A stretch of 16,640 nt of DNA. Source: Fidelibacterota bacterium (GTDB lineage: Bacteria > Fidelibacterota > Fidelibacteria > Fidelibacterales > Fidelibacteraceae). The first letter of the stretch is position 1, and the number at the start of each line of letters is the position of its first letter. Location: assembly GCA_034723415.1 (NCBI GenBank), contig JAYEOX010000081.1, positions 1 to 16,640 on the forward strand, in the 5' to 3' direction. Shown piece by piece: positions 1 through 8,976 of the stretch. The notes below the pieces were generated by a model. The model saw only the letters and a program-made list of their open reading frames with translations, was not told the origin of the DNA and ran no database searches. A program made the position numbers and the translations under genes.

Positions 1-74
1 TCTTTATCCTCTACATTCTCTTTTATAACCTTATTTTCTGGTAAGATTTTTATTGATATCGTTTTGGTATTCAA
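1..74 (-). CDS. Possible N-terminus of a gene running off the left edge (MNTKTISIKILPENKVIKENVEDK...), product unknown
   Basis: TTG at 74-72 on the minus strand with AAGGA about 6 nt upstream; the frame stays open to the window edge. Only 24 codons are visible. Confidence 0.3.
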   Translation of the reverse strand, partial: MNTKTISIKILPENKVIKENVEDK

Positions 75-196
75 TGAGAATCCTTTATTTTCTTTAATTT
101 AATATTAGCAATTGTAAAAAATTCCTTTATTTTGATAAATTCCAACATTGAAAAAATACAACATTAATTTAAAAACAAAAAGAATTAAAATATTTC

Positions 197-225
197 TTGT
201 TTTTAATAAATATTATTAATATACT
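197..225 (+). promoter_or_regulatory. Candidate sigma70 promoter for the WD40-caspase operon
   Basis: TTGTTT (197-202), a 17-bp spacer, then TATACT (220-225). RBS GAGGTG at 255-260 precedes ATG 266. The AT-rich context makes chance matches likely. Confidence 0.3.
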
Positions 226-265
226 TATATTAATATGTAGAATATTATAATAAAGAGGTGAAAAA

Positions 266-2551
266 ATGAAAAGAATTAAAATTATTATTTTTTTCGTGAT
301 CTTATTAAGTTTCACATCATTCACCTATGGAATTACCTATGGATTACTCAAAACTATTAATACAGATACATCTTACACAACTTCAATTTGTTTTAGTCCA
401 GATGATAAATTTATTGTTTCAGGCAGCGAAAACAAAACAGTGAAAAAATGGTCTGTGAAAACAGGTCAACTTCTTTCAACTTTTGAAGGTCATGAAAAAT
501 TAGTTACATCAGTTGATTACAGCAGCGATAGTTCTATGATCGCATCTGGCAGTAGCGATAATACAATCAAAATTTGGAATGCCAATAATGGAGAATTGAT
601 ATACACTTTTAGTGATCATTCCTATCCTGTAACATCAATTGATTTTAGTCCGGACAGCAAATTCCTTGTTTCCGGCAGTGAAGACAAAACAATTAATATT
701 TGGAATTTAAGCTCCGGTAAACTTGTTAAAACACTTAATAAACATGATTCAAATATCAGTTCAGTAAAATACAGCGATGACGGAAAATATATTTTGTCAG
801 CAGGCAGTTGGGGAAAAAACATTTACCTTTGGGACACAAATAATTATGAATTCATCAAAGAATTTAGTGATCATCTCGATTGGATAAGTTCAATTGATTT
901 TCATGATAATAATAAAATATTTGCATCTGCAAGTTTAGACAATACAATAATAATTTGGAATATTAAATATGGATCTAAAATGCAAATCCTTGAAGAACAT
1001 ACATCTGCAATTAGTTCCATAGATTTTGAATCTAATGGTAATAAAATTGTGTCAGGTGGTTGGGATAATAGTATAAAAATATGGAATTCTGAAACGGGAG
1101 AATTATTAACAACTATTAATGCTCATACTGATAATATTTTAGACGTTTGTTTCGGTAATAATGGCGAATACTTAGCTTCTTGTGGTAAAGACAACACGAT
1201 CAAAATTTGGAAGAGCTCCCACATAACAGAAAATATCCATAAATATGTAGTAGAGGAAATGGCAAAATGGCAAAAAAAGGGAGAGTTTGAAAAAGTTACT
1301 GATTACAAAAAAAGAGTGGAAAAAAGAAACGATAAAATAGTGGAATTAACTTATGAAGCGTTAAATAATTTAAAAAATGAATATGCTTCAACAATCACTT
1401 GGGATATCAAAATAATTGGCGATTATGATGCAGAACAAGAAACTTTCAAAATAGAAATTCCAATTGCCGGAGTTGTTGCTTTAAAAGTTCCAATTGATGA
1501 GGCAAAAACATTCAAAAATAATGAAGCAAATTTACAAATTATTCATCCGGATTTAAAATTTAAAAACAATCACTGGGAATTAGCTACTGCTGAAATTTAT
1601 CTTGTGCAAAACGATAAAAGTTATAAATACAACAGCGAAGAAATGGTAAATTATAATCCAGTAGATGAATTAAAATTAGATTTTGAGGAAATTGAGTTTG
1701 AAAAATATCATGAAGTAAACATAACCTCAAAAGATGTCGAAGATTCTTATAATATTAATACCAATATTCCAGAAACCGATACGGTTAATGCAAATGCAAT
1801 TGCTGTAATAATTGGGAATTCCAATTACAAAAATACCAAAAATGTTGATTACGCTATCAATGATGCAATGTCAATAAAAGAATATTTCATTAAATCATTT
1901 GGTATAAAAGAGGGAAATATATTCTTATTAAAAAATGCAACTAAAGGCGATATGGAACAATATTTCGGTATGAATGGGAATTATCAAGGAAAACTCTTCA
2001 ACACAGTTAAACCAAACAAATCTGATGTTTTTATTTACTATTCCGGACATGGCGCTCCCGGATTAAAAGATCATAAGGGATATTTTGTGCCTGTTGAATG
2101 CGATCCTAATTATGTAGAATTGGGCGGATATCCGTTAGATGTATTTTATGAAAACCTCGCACAAATACCATCAAAATCAACTACCATATTATTAGATGCA
2201 TGCTTTAGTGGGGCAGATATTTTTAAAGATATTTCCCCAATAACAATAAAAGTTGATAATCCAATGATAAATCTCAATAACAATATTGTGTTAACAAGTT
2301 CAAAAGATAGTCAAGTTTCCAGTTGGTATAATGGAAAAAAACATGGTATGTTTACTTATTTCTTATTAAAAGCAATACATAATAAAAATGCAGATATAAA
2401 TAATGATAATCAAGTTACTTATGAAGAAATTTATAAATATGTTTCTGATAATAGTGAAGGCGTCCCATACTATACAAGAAGAATTCATGGTATCGAACAA
2501 ACACCGACTATCTTTGGAAAAAACAAAGAAACTGTAGCAATTCAATATTAA
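266..2551 (+). CDS. Exported WD40-repeat / caspase-like (peptidase C14, metacaspase-type) protein
   Basis: N-terminal basic plus hydrophobic signal peptide; seven WD40 repeats (H..V.S(V/I)DFS.D...SGS.D.TIKIW) ending at W315; C-terminal AIAVIIGNSNY, YYSGHG (His595), LLDACFSG (Cys646), HGMFTYFLL and QTP motifs; RBS GAGGTG. Confidence 0.9.
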   Translation: MKRIKIIIFFVILLSFTSFTYGITYGLLKTINTDTSYTTSICFSPDDKFIVSGSENKTVKKWSVKTGQLLSTFEGHEKLVTSVDYSSDSSMIASGSSDNTIKIWNANNGELIYTFSDHSYPVTSIDFSPDSKFLVSGSEDKTINIWNLSSGKLVKTLNKHDSNISSVKYSDDGKYILSAGSWGKNIYLWDTNNYEFIKEFSDHLDWISSIDFHDNNKIFASASLDNTIIIWNIKYGSKMQILEEHTSAISSIDFESNGNKIVSGGWDNSIKIWNSETGELLTTINAHTDNILDVCFGNNGEYLASCGKDNTIKIWKSSHITENIHKYVVEEMAKWQKKGEFEKVTDYKKRVEKRNDKIVELTYEALNNLKNEYASTITWDIKIIGDYDAEQETFKIEIPIAGVVALKVPIDEAKTFKNNEANLQIIHPDLKFKNNHWELATAEIYLVQNDKSYKYNSEEMVNYNPVDELKLDFEEIEFEKYHEVNITSKDVEDSYNINTNIPETDTVNANAIAVIIGNSNYKNTKNVDYAINDAMSIKEYFIKSFGIKEGNIFLLKNATKGDMEQYFGMNGNYQGKLFNTVKPNKSDVFIYYSGHGAPGLKDHKGYFVPVECDPNYVELGGYPLDVFYENLAQIPSKSTTILLDACFSGADIFKDISPITIKVDNPMINLNNNIVLTSSKDSQVSSWYNGKKHGMFTYFLLKAIHNKNADINNDNQVTYEEIYKYVSDNSEGVPYYTRRIHGIEQTPTIFGKNKETVAIQY

Positions 2552-2595
2552 TTTAATCAGTCTTTTTAATACGAACAGTACGAGGAGAAAACTTT

Positions 2596-3468
2596 ATGAA
2601 AAAAACATTAACAATATTGATGTTTGTAATTTTGACATCATGTGCAACGCAAAATAATTTTGTTCCCAAAACGGAAATTATAAATCAAAATCTACAACCA
2701 AATTTAATTGATCTTGGAAACAATTGGTGTCAAATTACTACCAAGATAGCCATCGAAAATATTTCTCCCGAAGATGCAAAAAAGCTGGCTTTACAAAAAT
2801 CTTATCGTCAAGCTATTGAATATTTTTCCGGAATTGAAGTAAAAAGCCAGACATCATATTTACAATCTCACAGTTTGAACAAATTAGTTGTTGATAATTT
2901 TTCTCAATTGACAAGTCAAGCATCTGATGGAATTGTTTTAGAAAAAAACATTATTAAAGAATCAATTGAAAAGACAGGGAATTTGCTTTATAAAAATGTT
3001 ACCGTAAAAATAAAAGTAGGGAAACAAAAAGGGAAATCAGATCCGACTTTTACCATTGATGCGAGTTTAAATGAAGATTATTTTAAAGAGGGAGAAAACT
3101 TAGAATTACAAGTTACATCTTCAAAAGATTGTTATTTGACAATTTTTAACATCATGTCAGATGGAAATGTAGCTACTATTTTCCCCAATAGATATAGAGA
3201 AAATAACTTCCTCAAATCAAATAAAAAGTTCAATCTACCTAATAAAAATGAAAAAGAATTCGGTTTAGAATTTGAGTTGCATCTTCTCCCAAATAAACAA
3301 GAAGATACAGAAATAATAAAAATAATCGCAACAAAATATCCAATTAATTTTAAAATTAACAGTGATTTTAAAAATGCCTATGAAAAACTTTTGCAAAAAT
3401 TAATATCAATTCCAAAAAGCGATATGGAGGAAATTGATCTTCAATATTTTATTTACAAAAAGAACTAA
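2596..3468 (+). CDS. Lipoprotein with C-terminal DUF4384-like domain
   Basis: Lipobox ILTS-C16. The C-terminal pattern YFKEGENLELQVTSSKDCYLTIFNIMSDGNVATIFPN...EIIKIIATKYP resembles DUF4384. The N-terminal 'EDAKKLALQKSYRQAIE..SGIEVKS' resembles LPP20/FlgT-N-type domains. RBS GAGGAG at 2582-2587. Confidence 0.75.
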   Translation: MKKTLTILMFVILTSCATQNNFVPKTEIINQNLQPNLIDLGNNWCQITTKIAIENISPEDAKKLALQKSYRQAIEYFSGIEVKSQTSYLQSHSLNKLVVDNFSQLTSQASDGIVLEKNIIKESIEKTGNLLYKNVTVKIKVGKQKGKSDPTFTIDASLNEDYFKEGENLELQVTSSKDCYLTIFNIMSDGNVATIFPNRYRENNFLKSNKKFNLPNKNEKEFGLEFELHLLPNKQEDTEIIKIIATKYPINFKINSDFKNAYEKLLQKLISIPKSDMEEIDLQYFIYKKN

Positions 3469-3474
3469 CTCATT

Positions 3475-4161
3475 ATGAAAATATTATTTTTTATCATTGG
3501 TATAATAATAATCTATTCTATCTATCAAAAAGGTTGGTTCACATTTTTTGCAAAAATTATTTTTCGTGGAAATGATAAAAAAAAGATCATCGCATTAACC
3601 TTTGACGATGGTCCTCAATCGCCTTATACTGAAAATATTTTAGAAGTATTAAAGAAAAACAAAATATCTGCAACTTTTTTTCTGTTAGGGGAAAATATTA
3701 AAAAATATCCCGAATCAGTTAAAAAAATAATTTCCGGGAATCACGAAATCGGCAATCATTCATATTCACACAAAAAACTGATATTTAAAACATACGATTT
3801 TATTAAAAATGAGATTCAAAAAACAGATGAAATATTAAAAACTTATAAAATCGAAACAAAAGTATTTCGTCCACCATTTGGTCTTATGTTTATTCTTCTT
3901 CCTTTTCTTGCTCAAAAATTCGAAAAGAAAATTATATTTTGGAATATAAACTCAAAAGATTATTTAGGTCTCTCGGCAAAAAAAATAAGTGAAAAAATAT
4001 TAAACAAAATCCGTCCGGGAAGTATTATCTTAATGCATGATGGCAATGGTTTAGAAAGCGGAGACCGATCCAACACTGTAGAAGTTTTAAAGATAATTAT
4101 TCCAAAATTACAAGAAATAGGATATAATTTCAGTACAATTAGCAATCTGCCTTTAAAATAG
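3475..4161 (+). CDS. Polysaccharide deacetylase (CE4/NodB family), N-terminal membrane anchor
   Basis: Motifs TFDDGP, ATFF, GNHSYSH, FRPPFG and ILMHD; hydrophobic N-terminus; starts 6 bp after the upstream stop. Confidence 0.92.
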   Translation: MKILFFIIGIIIIYSIYQKGWFTFFAKIIFRGNDKKKIIALTFDDGPQSPYTENILEVLKKNKISATFFLLGENIKKYPESVKKIISGNHEIGNHSYSHKKLIFKTYDFIKNEIQKTDEILKTYKIETKVFRPPFGLMFILLPFLAQKFEKKIIFWNINSKDYLGLSAKKISEKILNKIRPGSIILMHDGNGLESGDRSNTVEVLKIIIPKLQEIGYNFSTISNLPLK

Positions 4162-4314
4162 AATCTTTACAAATCACCAAATTATTTTAAAAATAATAAA
4201 CTTTTTGTACGAAAAACAATAATATTTTCTTAACTTATTGTTAATAATTTTACTATCTTTGTTTATAATTTCTGACTAAAATAATAATTGATTTATAAAG
4301 GATTAAAAATAAAT

Positions 4315-5022
4315 ATGCGACTAAATAAATTTTTATCAAGATGTGGTGTTGATTCAAGAAGAAAATGCGACGAAATAATTTTTCAAAAAAGAGTAAAAGT
4401 AAATGGGAAAACAGTTGATAATCCGGCCATTGATATTGACATCCATAATGATAATGTGCTTGTTGATCTTGAAACAGTTACATTAAAAAAGAAATTTACC
4501 TATATCAAATTAAATAAACCCGAAGGTTATATATCTACAACGGGGGATCCCCATGCGAAAAGAATTGTAATGGAATTACTTCCAAATATTCTTGATGTTG
4601 TGCCGGTAGGTAGATTAGATAAAAATACTACGGGTGTTTTGCTATTTACTGATGATGGAGATTTGCATTACCGTTTGATTCACCCAAAATATAAATTAGA
4701 AAGAATTTACGATGTAAAAATTTCCAGACCGCCAGTTGGTTTCCCGGGTAAAGAATTGCTAAATGGAATAAAAATTGATAGAAATGTTACAGTCAAAGGA
4801 AAAGCAATTCCATTAAATGATAAACGCACACATTATCAGATAATCCTTAAAGAAGGAAAAAAGAGAGAAATAAAACGAATATTTAGAAAATATAATACTA
4901 AAGTTGTAAAACTACATCGAACTGTTTTTGCCGGTATAACAGCTGACGATCTCTCTTTTGGTAAATGGAAAAAATTAACAACAGAAGAAATTAATTATTT
5001 AAAGAAAATTACTTCGGGATAA
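4315..5022 (+). CDS. rRNA pseudouridine synthase, RsuA/RluB family
   Basis: S4 domain MRLNKFLSRCGVDSRRKCDE, then LNKPEG, catalytic VGRLD, EGKKREIKR and LHR motifs. ATG 4315 is preferred over TTG 4288 because the family typically starts at MRL and AAGGA lies at 4298-4302. Confidence 0.9.
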   Translation: MRLNKFLSRCGVDSRRKCDEIIFQKRVKVNGKTVDNPAIDIDIHNDNVLVDLETVTLKKKFTYIKLNKPEGYISTTGDPHAKRIVMELLPNILDVVPVGRLDKNTTGVLLFTDDGDLHYRLIHPKYKLERIYDVKISRPPVGFPGKELLNGIKIDRNVTVKGKAIPLNDKRTHYQIILKEGKKREIKRIFRKYNTKVVKLHRTVFAGITADDLSFGKWKKLTTEEINYLKKITSG

Positions 5023-5141
5023 CTCCTTTTTTGTTTATTCTTCTTATTTATTCCCTATTTAAAAATAGGAACAATTGATTTTGTCTATCTTTGTCTTAAA
5101 AAATAGTGGCAATTTTAAAGAATTCTTTATGCTGCTTGCAG

Positions 5142-5777
5142 TTAAATACTCATTCCTGCAAACAAATTCGCAAAAACATTAACAAATGGCCAAATTATAG
5201 ATCCAATTATAGAAAATCCAACAAATCTTCCAAACAAAATAATTCCAAGTAAAATAAACGGACCATATCGTTCTAAATTATACATAATATGATCATATTT
5301 TGGTGGTAACAATCCTTGTAAAATTTTGCTTCCATCTAATGGTGGAATTGGTATTAAATTAAATACAGCCAAAGCTAAATTTATTGTTAAACTGTAATAC
5401 AACATTAATTTTAAAAAATTAAATGTAAAGTTACTTCCCATTTCCATTCCAACAGCACGAATTATCATTCCTGTTAAAAATGCTAAAATTATATTAGAAA
5501 CAGGTCCGGCCAATGCTACCCATAACATATCTTTTTTGGGATCTTTAAAGTAGGCAGGATTTACCGGCACGGGTTTTGCCCAACCGAAATGAACTATGAA
5601 TAACATAAGTGTGCCTAACGGATCAAGATGTGCAAGTGGATTTAAAGTTAATCTTCCGGCGTTTTTTGCCGTTGGATCTCCAAAATGAAATGCCACAAAT
5701 CCATGACTCAGTTCATGAATAGTGAGTGCAAATAAAATTGGAATTGCTAATGCTAATATTTGAGTTGCTTGATTCAA
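5142..5777 (-). CDS. Site-2 protease family (peptidase M50) membrane metalloprotease
   Basis: HELSH (HExxH), GRLTLNPLAHLDP, GWAKPVPVNP, ALAGP and FNLIPIPPLDG motifs; start overlaps the xerD stop (ATGA). Confidence 0.93.
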   Translation of the reverse strand: MNQATQILALAIPILFALTIHELSHGFVAFHFGDPTAKNAGRLTLNPLAHLDPLGTLMLFIVHFGWAKPVPVNPAYFKDPKKDMLWVALAGPVSNIILAFLTGMIIRAVGMEMGSNFTFNFLKLMLYYSLTINLALAVFNLIPIPPLDGSKILQGLLPPKYDHIMYNLERYGPFILLGIILFGRFVGFSIIGSIIWPFVNVFANLFAGMSI

Positions 5778-6682
5778 ATTTCCTCTCTTTCTCTTGGGTG
5801 AAAAGTTTTATGAATTTCCTTTAGATAATCACGATCTAAATGTGTGTAAATTTGTGTTGTAGAAATATCAGAATGCCCTAACATTTCCTGAACTGCTCGC
5901 AAATCAGCGCCACCTTCCAACAGATGCGTTGCGAAAGAGTGGCGAAAAGTGTGTGGGCTAACTTTTTTATATATTCCTGCAGATTTTACATGTTTCTGAA
6001 TAATTTTCCAAACGCCCATTCTTGAAAGCGGACCTCCACGAATATTTAAAAAAATAAAATCTTCCGCTTTTAGAATATTCTTTTTCTTTAATTCCGGGCG
6101 AAAATAATTTATATATTTTTTTAACCATCGTTTTGCTTCTTTTCCAAAAGGTATAATCCGCTCTTTATTTCCCTTGCCAAAAACTCTGATCCAGCCATTT
6201 TCAAAGAACACAGCCGAAAGACGCAGTTTTAACAATTCTGATATTCTCAATCCACAAGCATAAAGTAATTCTAACATCGCCCTGTCTCGTATGCCGAGAA
6301 TTTTAGTAACATCAATCACATTTAAGATCTTTTCAATTTCATTTATTGTTAATACTTTTGGTAATCTCTTCGGAATTTTAGGAGAAATAATATTTTCAGT
6401 GATATCTTTTTTTACATATCCTTCGTTCATCATAAATTCATGAAACATTCGTATTGATGAAAAGTTCCGAGATATACTCGATGGTGCCAATGGAATTTCA
6501 TTTAATATATCAATAAAATCATAAAGGTGTGAAATTTTAATATTTTCCGGTTTTGAAATCTGTTGTTCCTTAAGGAAATTTACATATCTATTTAGATCTA
6601 TAGAATAAGATCTGATAGTATTTTTTGCTAAATTTCTCTCAACTCGCAAATGATTAAGAAAATCTTTTAGAATGTATTCCAT
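5774..6682 (-). CDS. xerD: Tyrosine recombinase XerD
   Basis: ERNLAKNTIRSY, RDRAMLELLYACGLRISEL, GKGNKER, SPHTFRHSFATHLLEGGADLRAVQEMLGH and TTQIYTH motifs; 302 aa; no integron-integrase insertion is evident. Confidence 0.9.
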   Translation of the reverse strand: MEYILKDFLNHLRVERNLAKNTIRSYSIDLNRYVNFLKEQQISKPENIKISHLYDFIDILNEIPLAPSSISRNFSSIRMFHEFMMNEGYVKKDITENIISPKIPKRLPKVLTINEIEKILNVIDVTKILGIRDRAMLELLYACGLRISELLKLRLSAVFFENGWIRVFGKGNKERIIPFGKEAKRWLKKYINYFRPELKKKNILKAEDFIFLNIRGGPLSRMGVWKIIQKHVKSAGIYKKVSPHTFRHSFATHLLEGGADLRAVQEMLGHSDISTTQIYTHLDRDYLKEIHKTFHPREREEI

Positions 6683-6711
6683 TATATATACTTTTTACGA
6701 ATAGAAAACCA

Positions 6712-7296
6712 TTAGGAGAATAATTTTTGTTCAATAATATCACAAATAATATGTCCGATAGTTATATGCGATTCTTGAATATGTTGTGTGTTTTCGGAAG
6801 GAACAACTATAGAAATATCGGCATGATTTTTTATTTCGCCACCATTTTTGCCTAAGAAAGCAATTGTTTTAATGTTTTTTTCTTTTGCGGATTTGATCGC
6901 TTTAAGAATATTTCCCGAATTACCACTCGTTGAAATTCCAATAAGCACATCTCCGAGATATCCTAATCCCTCTACCTGACGACTGAAAATTGATTCAAAG
7001 CCAATATCATTTGACCAAGCTGTTAAAAATGAAGTATCAGTTGTTAAGGCAATTGATGAAATTGGGTTCCTATTGAAATTCAATCGTCCCAATAATTCTG
7101 TAGAAAGATGTTGAGAATCTGCTGCCGATCCGCCATTTCCACACCAAATTACCTTTCCGCCTTTTTTAATTGAATTTATTATTAGATCAGATGCTTCGAC
7201 GATCTGTTCTATCAATTTATTATCTTCAATAATTCTATTTTTAACATTTAAACTTTCTAATAAATGATTTTTTATAATTTGTGTTTTATCAATCAT
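6712..7296 (-). CDS. gmhA: D-sedoheptulose-7-phosphate isomerase
   Basis: CGNGGSAADSQH, ND.GF...FSRQ, GISTSGNS and IQESH motifs; 194-aa SIS domain. Confidence 0.93.
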   Translation of the reverse strand: MIDKTQIIKNHLLESLNVKNRIIEDNKLIEQIVEASDLIINSIKKGGKVIWCGNGGSAADSQHLSTELLGRLNFNRNPISSIALTTDTSFLTAWSNDIGFESIFSRQVEGLGYLGDVLIGISTSGNSGNILKAIKSAKEKNIKTIAFLGKNGGEIKNHADISIVVPSENTQHIQESHITIGHIICDIIEQKLFS

Positions 7297-7312
7297 TTTT
7301 TTCTCTTTTTAT

Positions 7313-8053
7313 TTATTTATGAATTGAATCGGCAAATTTTGACATTAAATAGGAATTACCCTTTTTTTCTAAAATGTTTCCGGTTACAATAAAATCTGCA
7401 CCTGCAATCACTTTCTGTTTTGCTATCTCCGGTTTCGTTATTCCACCGCCGACAATAATCGGAATATTTACATTCTTTTTTATCGTTGATATCATTTCAT
7501 TTGGAACAGGATTATCGGCTCCACTGCCGGCTTCCAGATATATCATTTTAAAACCAAGCATTTCTGCTGCAATAGCATGTGCAACTGCGATATCTGATTT
7601 GTTAGCCGGAATTGGTTTTGAATTGCTCATAAATTCAGCCGTAGTAACTTTCCCTGATTCAATTAACATGTATGCAGTTGATATCGTTTCCATATTCATT
7701 GCTTTAAGAATAGGAGCACTTACAACCTGTTTCCCAATGATCAGATCTGCATTTCGACTACTGATAAGTGATAAAAACAACACAGCATCAAACTCGTTTC
7801 GAATTTGTGATGCTGAACCCGGAAATAAAATTATAGGAATGGAAGAATATTTTTTAATCAATTCAACTTTTTCATTGTAGCCATCTGTTATTAATAAACT
7901 ACCGCCTATCAAAATCGCATCCACGTCACTATTACAAATTTTATTTACTTTTTCTCTAACATCTTCAATTGAAAATGAATCCGGATCAATTAATACAAAA
8001 TAACCCGCACCTTTCTCTTCTTTAATTCTTAATAACCTTTTAAATATTTTCAT
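7313..8053 (-). CDS. Geranylgeranylglyceryl/heptaprenylglyceryl phosphate synthase (PcrB/GGGPS family, group II-like)
   Basis: VLIDPD, IGGS, ILFPG, LSLISSRN, YLEAGSGA, IVGGGI and GADFIVTGN motifs; 246 aa. Confidence 0.9.
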   Translation of the reverse strand: MKIFKRLLRIKEEKGAGYFVLIDPDSFSIEDVREKVNKICNSDVDAILIGGSLLITDGYNEKVELIKKYSSIPIILFPGSASQIRNEFDAVLFLSLISSRNADLIIGKQVVSAPILKAMNMETISTAYMLIESGKVTTAEFMSNSKPIPANKSDIAVAHAIAAEMLGFKMIYLEAGSGADNPVPNEMISTIKKNVNIPIIVGGGITKPEIAKQKVIAGADFIVTGNILEKKGNSYLMSKFADSIHK

Positions 8054-8258
8054 AATATAACTCTCATATTTTTCTTATGCTAATATTACAAAATTTATTC
8101 AAAATAATTAATTAAAAAATATTAAAATTTAATATATTAAAAGTAAATCCGGTAAGATCTCTTTAGATTTTGTTCATTTCTATATAAAAAGTCTTAATAA
8201 TGAACAAAAGAACAAAATAAATGTTTATATTATTAATAGTGAATATAGGAGTTAGTTT

Positions 8259-8903
8259 ATGAAAAAGAAAATAAAAAAATTATCATTGGCAATAATTATC
8301 TTTATTTTATTAAATAGTTTACAACTTTTCGGAGAAGCAAAATTATCAAAGATCTATATCTCTAACAAAGGACAATTAGAACAAATAATAATCTCTGTGA
8401 ACTCCTTTAAACTTTATTTCAATAATAAGGGGCAAATACAAAAAATCGCAACAGAATCTGTCGGTAATCTTGAATATAATTACAGAGTACAAGATGATAA
8501 ATTAGAAAAATTAAATTATGATGAATTGGAATATAGATTTGAAAAGGTACGAGTAAAACAAATTGACTCCACAGGAGAGAAAATTAGCTATATTGTCAAA
8601 GAGCGTCTATATTATATTGGAAGTGAAAGAATAAAATATATGCCGCTATATCCGGACAGAATAAAAAGCATTGGAAATTTAGAATTCCAGTATTATACAA
8701 CAGGTTTAGGTTTGGAACTAATAAAATATATTGATGATATTTATTTTTATTATCGCTACCCCGATTATCGTATAGAGAATATTGGGAATGCATCTTTTGA
8801 ATATTTTTTACATCATAATGAAAAGATAAAAAATATTTCCGGAAAAATTGACAATAACAACAAAGTGTTAATCCATATTTCAAGTGAATTAGATTTTTAT
8901 TAA
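8259..8903 (+). CDS. Hypothetical secreted protein with internal roughly 19-aa Tyr-rich repeats
   Basis: RBS AGGAG, signal peptide MKKKIKKLSLAIIIFILL..., and a recurring (R/K)I..IG....(F/I).Y pattern. Confidence 0.7.
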   Translation: MKKKIKKLSLAIIIFILLNSLQLFGEAKLSKIYISNKGQLEQIIISVNSFKLYFNNKGQIQKIATESVGNLEYNYRVQDDKLEKLNYDELEYRFEKVRVKQIDSTGEKISYIVKERLYYIGSERIKYMPLYPDRIKSIGNLEFQYYTTGLGLELIKYIDDIYFYYRYPDYRIENIGNASFEYFLHHNEKIKNISGKIDNNNKVLIHISSELDFY

Positions 8904-8976
8904 TAATTTACTATTGATTCTGTATTAATTACATATTAGAGATATTGTAAATAATTTACTGAACAATATCTTTTTA

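Noticed and set aside
323..343. 9-bp direct repeat ACCTATGGA x2 (TYG-I-TYG) near the signal-peptide cleavage region
   Set aside because: Too short; at most a tiny in-frame duplication with no evident consequence.
350..1210. Nucleotide-level periodic similarity at about 126-bp spacing
   Set aside because: Fully explained by the WD40 protein repeats.
4288..4314. TTG-initiated N-terminal extension of the pseudouridine synthase
   Set aside because: Family alignment from memory and RBS position favour ATG 4315.
5054..5069. Hairpin CCTATT-TAAA-AATAGG between convergent genes as a terminator
   Set aside because: The stem is short and AT-rich; plausible but not supportable.
5774..6682. Tyrosine recombinase as an integron or prophage integrase
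   Set aside because: Length and motifs fit housekeeping XerD in a housekeeping operon; no attC array, att sites or phage genes are seen.
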